Shown here piece by piece: positions 53,681-64,000 of a stretch of 64,000 bases of DNA (positions are counted from its first letter, which is position 1; each line of letters begins with the position of its first letter). The position numbers and the translations under genes are program-made. This DNA is from the human T2T-CHM13v2.0 reference genome, Homo sapiens, in contig CP068257.2 of the NCBI GenBank assembly GCA_009914755.4, forward strand, positions 25,792,001 through 25,856,000. The letters run 5' to 3'. Under the pieces are notes generated by a model. It worked only from the letters and a program-made list of their open reading frames with translations. It did no database searches and was not told where the DNA came from.

Positions 53681-56600
53681 TATATGTTTTACTAGTCAAT
53701 AGTATTTGGAAAATACAATAACACAATTTTTTGACGTATTATAAGTTTGACAAATCTAAATTGATTTTTTCTAAAACATTCAAGGGCCTTAACAATAATA
53801 AATACATCCCTTTTCATTATTTATGAACCGGATCACTTTTATTGTTCTTTATTGTTTTACAGAAAATTTTTCCCCCAAGAGATGAAAGCAGTTTATAGAT
53901 GTTTAGCCCATAATTTGCTATTTGAGGTTTCAAATTGTCAGTGGTCAATTATGTTTTGTAGACTACAAGGCATTTATTTATTTATTATTTATTATTTACT
54001 CTTTATTCTCCTGACTCATGTTGATGAGACTGTAGCAATATTAACTTCACAGAAGCTTTATTTTACATTTGGCTATGTACACTGCAGTCTCTGGATTTTA
54101 GCCAAATATCATAGAATGGAGGGAAGCCATCATATAACAGGTGCTACTGCTATGCTAGGAGATTTTTGTGCTAAATTATTAAATGAAAAGCTTACTAGAA
54201 AGTCCAGAGTAGACCAACATAAAAGTGATAATTCTTAAATTCATTATCTGTAATTTTGCCTTAAATAATTATTAACAATATTTTTCACAATGACTGCTTC
54301 TTCAAAAGAAAAACTAAAATGACTTGACATTCTGCACATTAAATATATAATTTTGAATATTGTCTTCAATCAATTGTTCAGATTTGTAGATATAGTTTGC
54401 AACAGACAAGATAAGGCATGTAACTATTTTTCATTAACGACTATCTTGCCAAATATTAATGCTCAAATCTTATTCATCGTTCCTTACATTTCTGTGTTTA
54501 AATCACTAAATCCATTCATGTTTTATTGCAAGATCTATAGTTGTCTTTGGCACATTTTCTTCAATCTTGGTTTTTTCCAAAGTCTGAGAAACCATCTGGA
54601 AAACTAGAAAACCCACAGACTTGTGGGGACTTTCTGGTTTATGTAATTCGGAATGTCCACAGTGAAAAGTTTTAAGTCAACTTTCTGAGTCAAAATTGCA
54701 ACTCTTTGCCAATTTTTATTTTTTATTATTTGCAAGCCAACTCTCCATTATATAGTGTTCATTTCAATAACATAGATGGATTAGAGTAATTGACATAGTA
54801 TATAAGTTATATCATAAATATGTACATGAAATAAATTATTGACATAATAAATTGTGTGATTTTTATTTCTTCATAGATAAATGCTAGGCAATCAAAAATT
54901 CCATTAGATTTTTCTAACGTGTCAAAATTGAATTTATAATTTTTCTACACACCCGATTGCTTACTCCTATATTGGAAAATATATTTTATCCTAAAAAGAA
55001 TGTTTCACTTTTACCTTTTATTTTCTTCCTCTCTAAACCTAATCATTAGGTAGATCCTATCAGGTCCACATTCAAACACTCCTTTCCTTCCTCTTATACT
55101 TTGCAAGCCATCATACCTTACCAGTTTCATTTTCTCCCGGTCACTTTGCCTCCCAACATCCAAACACCTTCAGTGTTGATCAGGAGACAGACTTCTCAGT
55201 GACTAAAACTTTGTCCATAGCCCAGTATATATAGTTGAGCAGAATGTTTTGATGCAGGCTACGGCACTAAAAGCAACACACAGACTACATTCAGACAGAT
55301 TGGTTCACTTTTTCTAGCATCAATCTCCAAATAAACACCATCAGGTCTTTTTTTTTTTTTTTTTTGTCATAATTGATTATTAACCTTGTATTTGTCTTTG
55401 ATTTACATAAGGAATTTTTGGAAACATGTGTCCTTATGTCCCAGTCCTGGGTATTATAAATCTGTTATTCCGGGGTGGGCCCAGAATTGAATGTTTCTAG
55501 TTAAACACCATGAATTTCCTTGTTTCTTTGTATACAAAATGGTCTTCCTTTTATCACCAAATATGTGATACCGTGTGTAAAATGCTAAACATTGTAATTT
55601 CTATTAAGTCTCCTATTATAAATCTCCTCTTCCCCTAACTTGGAAAGCACCTCTTGGTCCTCTGAAATTCTACCTTACTTGATAGAGAGTGAATATCTCA
55701 CATGGACTGCATTTATGCACCAAATGCCTTATCTCCTTTTTTCACTGCACTTTCTTTTTCTCTAAATACAAGCTCTGGCTTCTTCTATCTTTGGATTGCC
55801 TAAAGTCCCTTACAGTTTGAAGATGCTAAATATTTATTGTGTGGGATAAATTTATCTCGCAAAGAGCAATGTGTTGATGGCAAAAATTTCTCCAGCTGAG
55901 GTAAACAATATGTCTTAGACTAAATTTTGATCAATTTCCACATTTTGATTAAGTAATAAATAGTGTGTCCATTAATGCCTGACAATGCTTATACTTCAGC
56001 CAGAGTGTCAGCATTTTACCAACTAGAATATTAGACGGTTATCCTTCTTGGAGAGGGCTATGGCATTTCAATGAAGTAGAGTCTCCTCTCTGTATGATCC
56101 TCCCCATCTTTCCGCACCTCCCCCGACATACCTAGAAAACACTGTAGAAAATAACTGTCTTTGCTACTGACTGATCTGAAAGCAAAAAAGATTCAAGGAC
56201 CAATACTGGGGAATAATTAGATTTTGTTCAGGTACGAAAAGATGATTCCATAAGAAAAGATGATTCCACGTGGTACATTGCCAACTGAAAGGAAACCTGG
56301 CACACTGGTCAGGGGATTCAGCTTGTGTATCACATCTTTCTAGAACTTAATGATTTTTTTTAATTAGAATCATGAGGTAACTATAAGATCTCAGTCCCTG
56401 AGTTTTCAGCTTCTCAAGGTGAACCCCAAAAATTATAGTCCTCATTGACTATAAGACTATGCTAAGGAAAATTGTTTATTTCTAAACACTGCAAATGTAT
56501 TACTACTTCTCAATCATGATATCTCCCTACTTCTTCCCAGAGGGACCTTTCTATCTTATTTTGGCCATTTCTAACATCTCTGCCCCCTGCCTTTGGATCA

Positions 56601-59600
56601 TAGAATATTTGGGGAAGACTTTTCTCCATTGACTGTGATTCTCCACTGATTGTGGAGAAATGCTCCTTTTTCCCATGTAACTCTGCATTTGGAAAAGCTA
56701 TATTTTAAAATAACTGTATTATTTTTACAATTATTATTATTTTTTCCACTGTCAAACAGTTTACTAAGAAGTCAATTGATGGTGTGAGGGAAAAGTTTAA
56801 ACAAACATCCTAGGGAATTAAACAAACATCCTTATAGAAAGTCTTGGAAGTAGATGATATGGGGGTAAAATTGAGCACCCGCTACCCATAACTTGGGCTG
56901 TATCATGTAGCTTGAAGTACAGGAAAAGCTACTGCCAAGCTATACCTGAACCTAATCTGGTAGTTCTGTAGTTCTGAAGAATATTTGCTAATTCAACAGG
57001 AGAAATTTATGGAATATTAATATAACCTCATTCAAACCCTCTAAGTATACCTATATGTTTTATTTCTGTATTTAGATATAAAATAAATAAAATATTAAAA
57101 CAGTCTACCCCAAACAAAAAACCCTCTATCTGAATTTTGGTAGTTAACATCTTATTCCCAAGGATATCATTCACATTTTTAAAAATCTGGGTTATATCAT
57201 ACAGTCTCTGTTTTGATGATGTATATTTAAATATAACTATCGATAGTTTACTTATAGATAGAATACATACTTCCTTAAATATTATCTTAAAGAATAGATT
57301 ACAATTACATAATTTTAATTCATTTGGAACAGACATTAAAACCTCTCAGCAAAAAGCAAAAATGATTGTGCCCATTGTCTTCATGATAGTCTTTTAAGGT
57401 CTACTTATACAATCAAATAATCCCCAGAAAACAAATACATTGAACACTCAGGACATGCACACTCTTTCAGGACAACCACGGCAGATTTTCTGAAACTGCT
57501 TAGCATAATTATGCTACCAAAAAGTAAGCAATTCACTTTAACTTTTTGAGGGGAGGCAAAGGGATAACATTGTTATGAACTGAATGTTTGCGCCCCTCCC
57601 CAAATTCCTACACTGAAATCCTAACCCTTCATGGTTTGAAAAAGAATGCATTTTAAAATTCAAATCAGTGTTGAATACATTTAAAGGTATACAGTTTGCT
57701 CTTATGCAGGCTTTACCCCATAAGTTTTGATTATATACATTTTTATTTGATAAAAGAAAGTCCACTAAATCAACCAATATTTATTAAATCACATTGTATC
57801 TATATAAAATGCCTGGTGTTTTGTACTAGAGCTAAAAGTGTCAGCAAACTAGATATGTTCTTTATACTGATGGAATTTATGCACAAGTCGGGGAACCAGA
57901 CAATAAACATAAATAATTATAATTGTAAATTTTGAAAAGAGCGTTAATATAAACAAAAAAGAATACTGCGTGTTAGGGAATGTTAAGTATGTAGTAGTTT
58001 ATTTTAGCCAGGATCATTAGGAAAGATTCTTTGAGGAAATGTCATTAAGTGAATATCTAAAAAGAAAGTAGTCAAATAATAAGCTCACTGTACTAGTTGT
58101 GCTTTCCTGTACTTGTTTAACCATTTACCTGAATGAAAGATTAGAAATGGCGTGACTTGGGACTACCAAGGAAATGGCTATCAGAGAATGGAAGGTATGA
58201 GGACTTGTAAAATGCTCGAAAATAAAACAAATTATAAGTTTCCTGGAAACCTGTTCCAAGGCAATTGAGATGTAACACGGATCTGGAAGGAATCCATATC
58301 TAGAATAATTTGAATACACTGGTAAATACATTACGATATCAAAAAGATGCCCCAAATCACTTTCTGAATGCTTTTAAAAGCATGGATTTCTCAAAAGAGT
58401 AGTTATCAAACTTGAACAAGTATAGAATTACAGACAGAGCTTATTAAAATGTATATTTCTGGGTCCTACTGCCAGTGTTACTGATTCAGTAGGTCCAAAC
58501 ATTCCACAAATGCAGATTTTATCAGAGCCTTTAAGGGCAAACAGTTGAGAAAAAGGGCATTTGTGTCAACTTTGTTGATTCAGCAAGTGATTAAGTACAG
58601 TTCTGCTGTCCCACAGTGTTGCCATTGGTTGGAGTTCCTACATCTTTAGAATGTGTTGTCCTCCTCCAGGCAGTGGTGCCCCCAAATCCATTTACAGACA
58701 AAAAACCAGCCCTTATTGCAAGCACACGTACTTTCTCTTCCTTTCTCTCAATTAAATTGGAATTAAGCAACATTTAATAAGCTGGTAATTTTCAGTGAAG
58801 GAATACACAGCCTATGGTTTGGTACATGAACGGGGAACAGAGTAGGATTAATTTAAAGAGAACAGTGAGTTTGGCACTCTGATGGTGGGCTTTGGCATCC
58901 TCATCTTTCTCGTTGTCACTTATACTCCATCAATGACAAAACTAATGTGGTTTTTGTTGCTCCCTTGAGCCAGGAGCTGTGTCTTACTAAAGAGGACCCT
59001 AGCTTTCTCTGCTGGCTCAGCAGTTCACTTCCTAGATTATTTTTCCCACAGGGACATAACCACTAGTTTGTCACCAGAACGTCTCTGGACCTGTCTCAGA
59101 CTGGGATTAACATAAAGGAGTGGAACTGTACAAAAGAGAGAAAGAGATAAAGGAGGCTCCTCCTCTCCTCAGCTCCCGGGCCTGTCTCCCCTTCTGCCTT
59201 TCCACCTTTTTCCTTACCCTTTCCAGATTCCCAGATTCTGGGATTATGAATAGAAGCTTCTAGCTCCTGTTTAACTCCTTAGTTACCCACCCTCATTTGC
59301 CCTTCTCCAGGATCTCTCTTCTACTTTTTCCATTGTGCCTTGTACCTCCCTCTGCTCCTCACCAACACCACCTCTCTCTAGCTCCTGAGCTCAACCATCT
59401 TCTGAACTAGGAAGAAGGACATGAGGGGTTGTATATCAGGATGAAACCACATTGAACCCTGGGGAGGAAGACAGGGGCATCTCTGGGCTGAGACTGCCAT
59501 CTCCTTACCACTGTCCTTTCTCCACATGAAACATTAGGGTGGGCATTCTGTTGGTGGATAGCTCAACCTTCAGTGCTCAGTTGTACTTTTTTATTAAGCT

Positions 59601-59695
59601 ATAATATCTATTTTTTTCTTTTTTTTGTAAATATATAAATATTGAGTTTCATTAAAATAGATAACCCCCTCAAAAAAACACACTGCAAAGAACCA

Positions 59696-59697
<2 letters not shown>

Positions 59698-59728
<31 letters not shown>
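59698..59728. repeat. (GT)n microsatellite, about 15 units
   Basis: direct read. Confidence 0.95.
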
Positions 59729-59730
<2 letters not shown>

Positions 59731-61383
59731 TGAACTTCATTGTCATTAGTAGGAAAACTTATTTTTCCATTCACACAATGTACCCAGACCAAAACTTCGA
59801 TTTAAAAGTTTGTACACATAAAAAATAAGGGAAGTTTGCTTACCTATGCATTTAAATTGGCAAGCTGAATTGAGCAATGAACTGTGATTTAAAAAGAGCA
59901 GAGAGTGCGCTGATGTTTATTTTCATTGGAAGAAGACTATCAGATTCCACATTTTAATACATGTTCTCTAATCAGTTACTGTTTTCACATATATTTTCCT
60001 TAATCAGCTATATAGTATCACCTGGTTCCCATTCTGCTAACTATGCCTTTAAATATGTCACAGCTGTGTTAGAATTGCCAATGAAAAATTACACTTACTG
60101 TTTAACTTGCTTTCCAGTCTGATATATGCCATGGCTGAAGTAGATTACAAGTATTTTGGAAGACAGCCTTCATGCTCGACTTCTTGACCAGATATGTGCC
60201 CTATTTTATTTTCCGATGTTTATCACAAGCTTTCTATTTTATGTACTCTAATGACATATTTAGTAGCTGACTGATTGCCAGATGAGAGCAACACTAGCAT
60301 CACTGAAAAAAAAATATAGCCAAATGACTTTAACTGGGTTCATATGAATTTCAACAGGATAAATGGACATTCATTTAACAGCTCTTCCAGTTTATACTGT
60401 TGAAATGCTTTAAAGGCACTCTCTCCCACAGGAGGACACTCCTAAATTCCTGCTACAAGCCTATGTCTGGCAAGATACACTGGTAGTAATCTTTATAACA
60501 GACTTTAAAAAATACATTCAAATTAAATGCTCATAAATATTACATGGGAAATCATTCTGCTTTAATCCTTCCAATGAGTGACACTCAGGTTTTGCTAAAA
60601 ATAAGAAGGAATTTGCATTTTTGACCACCCTGATTAGGACAGAATAGACATATAAAATCTCTCTGTTGGATGAATATACAATGTTTTTTTGGCTCTTTCC
60701 AACCAGGGAGGGAACAAGAGAGAACAGGTTGAATTTTATAGGGAAAAGTATGTGCAATCATCTAAACCACTATTGCATATGTTCCATGATATTACACATG
60801 CTTAAATGGTCCCTATTTAAAAAGCAGAGAAGAATAAGAAGTAAGTAAATAAATAATTTTAAAATGGCTTTTGAAGAGTGCTTCAGTTATATTTCATTCA
60901 CTGTTTGTATAAAAGACATGTTTTCCCTTTCTTTTCTAATGTTATTTTTTGGCAAAAATACCCTGTGTTGAATTACTTCCTTTATCTACAGAAAAGAAAC
61001 AACATGTGTCTGGGTGAGAGACGGAATCTTTATTTCTTGATGCTATATATTGTTTTTACATTGCCATATGTTTTATTTATCTTTCTGTAAATAGGCTATA
61101 TTTGGTGATAAAAGAAAAGCTGTATTTTACTCCTTCTCTAAAAGCAAGCTACTCTCTTTTTTTCCTAATAACTAAGCAAGACAAATCTCAAGCTTCCATT
61201 ACTAAGACTCTGATTATTTCATCAATATAAATTGCAGGATGAACTATGTAAATATGCATTTTGATGCTGAATTTACTATACATCTACTTAAATCTTTTTG
61301 ATTCCTTTTTTTATGTGTCAATATAAAGTTTATTTACCAACTCAAGTTTTGAAATCACTAAGCTATTTATCATGTTTGAACAC

Positions 61384-61416
61384 TGTGTGTATGTGTGTTT
61401 GTGCACACACACACAC
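61384..61416. repeat. Compound (TG)n...(CA)n short microsatellite
   Basis: TGTGTGTATGTGTGTTTGTGCACACACACACACC. Confidence 0.85.
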
Positions 61417-61687
61417 CTATGAACAATCAATAGCACTGCATTTCTCGCTATTTATATGTTTATAATTTTATAAATTTGATTGGGCAGTTTGCTTTTTTCA
61501 ATCAACATTGATCTATCCTTCTACTTATTAGTAATGTAACATACATACATGCATATGGTTCACGCATTTTAACTATAGTAGCTTATTATCTTATACATTG
61601 GGTCTTATTTTCAAGCTGTGTGCTGGTAAATATTTATGGAAATTTTCCTATGGTGCACATCAAGAATCAGAATTCTGAGCATTTGCA

Positions 61688-61844
61688 GGTGGGTGCAGGT
61701 AGCCTCAGCTACTCTGGAGGCTGAGGCAGGAGGATCACTTGAGCCCCGAAGTTCAAGGCTGTAGTGTGCCATGATCACACCCGTGAATGGCCTTTCCATT
61801 CCAGCCTGGTCAACACGGCAAGACCGCTTCTCAATTCAAAAAAG
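61688..61844 (+). mobile_element. Alu right-arm fragment (older AluJ-like)
   Basis: GGTGGGTGCAGGTAGCCTCAGCTACTCTGGAGGCTGAGGCAGGAGGATCACTTGAGCCCCGAAGTTCAAGGCTGTAGTGTGCCATGATCACACC...CCATTCCAGCCTGGTCAACACGGCAAGACCGCTTCTCAATTCAAAAAA. Confidence 0.85.
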
Positions 61845-63353
61845 AGAGTCATTTGAACTAAACATTGCTGACTGGCTGTCCCATGTGTTTGGACAGATTT
61901 GCATTCCCACTACCTGTTTCCAAGTTCTTTTTTCTCCCACCTCCTCTCCACTTGTGATATTAACAGATGGCAGCAATTTTACATAATAAAGAAGTAAAGC
62001 AGATCAATATACTATAATGACTTGGGAATATGCCCAGAACATACTTTATTTTGGAGAAAAAAAAAAGAGCAAACGTCAAATTGGAAGGTTTAGTATGACC
62101 TAATTTTGGTTGAAATATACAATAAGCATGTGTAATAACAAATTACAGGATTTCAGCTGATGCATATCAAATAGCTTGAATCATTTATAATCATTATCTC
62201 AGCAGCATGAACTTGAAGTATAAGAATAAAAAACTAATCTTTTACTTGTGATACTTTGTATTACTCAAAGTCATTATAACCAGCAAGAAATACTTAGTAA
62301 TTATAAAGTAATTAATTGTTGTCAGTTAAAAAAATAAAGAGAACAGAAAGAGCATTCTAATATCCTTGCACATAAAATATTTCAAGGGGTAGCTCTGTTA
62401 TTTCAAAAATAATCATGCTTCTAAGACAGTAGTGAGAGTCATGATGTGCAACCATACAAGTTGTGTGCTACACAATTCTAGGGACATCACTATACAGGTT
62501 ACTCTTTAAATGGCACCTCCTAGAGTTGTACAGTGTATAACCAGACGAGTGGTAGGTAATAGTGCTGTTAAGAGATACTTCAATGAACAGCGAAGATTCT
62601 AGAATGTCTAAGAAATTATTTCTCTTGCTACAGATCAAAATGGTAAAATAACAGTCTTGGAACCTGAAATTCTTAGATGCCAGCTCTTTCCTCAGATTGG
62701 ATGAAAAGCAGGGACAGTAGTCTTGAAAAAATTAGGTCACCACATGGCATTCAGATGCTCAGTTGGGTACCCTCAGGTTTGTATCCTGGCTGTCTATTCA
62801 CTGGTGACTCAACTCTAAGGCCCTGGATCTCTGGGCAGCTACTGTCTGCTAATATGTTACAGTTAAGGTTTTACATCAGGTTCTATAGAGAATTAAATGC
62901 AAACTACATGTAGCTGTCACAAAGTTTTTGCTGTGTAGATAGGCTATTGGCCAGGCTGTTGTGCCCAGAGAGGCATCTGCACTTAGATTTCCTATAGAGT
63001 TGACAGGTATTTTCAGATATGCCTCATTTAAAAAAACAACTAAATTTTGACTGAAAAATTGTGTCTTCTGTTTGGGATTTAATAACTACTCTGTTAATGG
63101 AAGCCACCTAATGAAATAGTAGCATTAGTTTCAAAGCAAAGATTAAGACACATGAATGTAAAGTATTAACAGGCATAGAATATATTTTTTAACATAAAAA
63201 ATACTGTTTCTGTCTGAAATAACCAACATTCTTTCTTTGTCTTTAAAGGTGGTCATGCAGAATTTTTGACACAGGTTGTCTTATTAGTATTGGCTTCTAA
63301 GAATTCTTCATTCACTATAAAAGCTTAAGAAGAACATATTAAAATTGATAATT

Positions 63354-63861
<508 letters not shown>

Positions 63862-64000
63862 TTATGGAATTTGCTTTGATAAATATATATGCATGTCATA
63901 TTAATCTTGAACATCATAGCTCTTGGTACTTTTTGGACCCTGAGTGATTTTGCCAATACAATCCTAAAACATATAATGATATGCCATGTATTTTGATTTT

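Noticed and set aside
53852-54238. A 128-aa plus-strand ORF
   Set aside because: It is AT-rich with no recognisable domain and carries internal low-complexity (IIYYLLFILL). There are no flanking splice signals that I can support. I treat it as a chance ORF.
58560-59560. A moderately GC/pyrimidine-rich stretch that could be an exon or CpG island
   Set aside because: It contains no ORF of 60 aa or more and CpGs are very sparse. It is more likely an old unclassified repeat, and I cannot support a call.

Overview
This window is primate (almost certainly human) nuclear DNA, not prokaryotic. It is AT-rich (roughly 60-65% A+T), dense in repeats and gene-poor.

The recognisable content is transposon-derived:
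- Positions 1 to about 3938 are a window-truncated, decayed L1PA element on the minus strand (5' half). Its ORF1 and ORF2 reading frames are broken, and these account for the L1-like peptides in the ORF track.
- Nine Alu copies or fragments are present, mostly AluS-type, three of them with clear target-site duplications.
- MaLR/ERVL-type LTR elements are present in several forms: three same-orientation copies plus one fragment of a single LTR family, a THE1/MST-like solo LTR, and an MST/MLT-type LTR with its internal region.
- Older LINE/SINE debris is scattered through the window: an L2 3' end, MIR pieces and an old L1 3' end.
- The window holds many microsatellites, four minisatellite-like tandem duplications, a 291-bp polypyrimidine tract and a 200-bp (GAAA)n array grown from an Alu tail.

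I find no defensible cellular protein-coding exon, CpG island, tRNA, rRNA, CRISPR or other prokaryote-style system. Every long ORF in the track is explained by L1 ORF remnants, Alu sequence or low-complexity DNA. There is no evidence here for a novel biological system.

The points worth a second look are structural:
- the polypyrimidine H-DNA candidate (22431-22721);
- the Alu-tail (GAAA)n expansion (63354-63856);
- an LTR copy carrying two different tetranucleotide STRs around a 300-bp foreign insert (12563-13618);
- a GC-richer block with a 71-bp tandem duplication and a perfect 12-bp-stem hairpin (6950-7800);
- several VNTR-like duplications.

Repeat family names are assigned by eye from remembered consensus motifs and are hedged accordingly.
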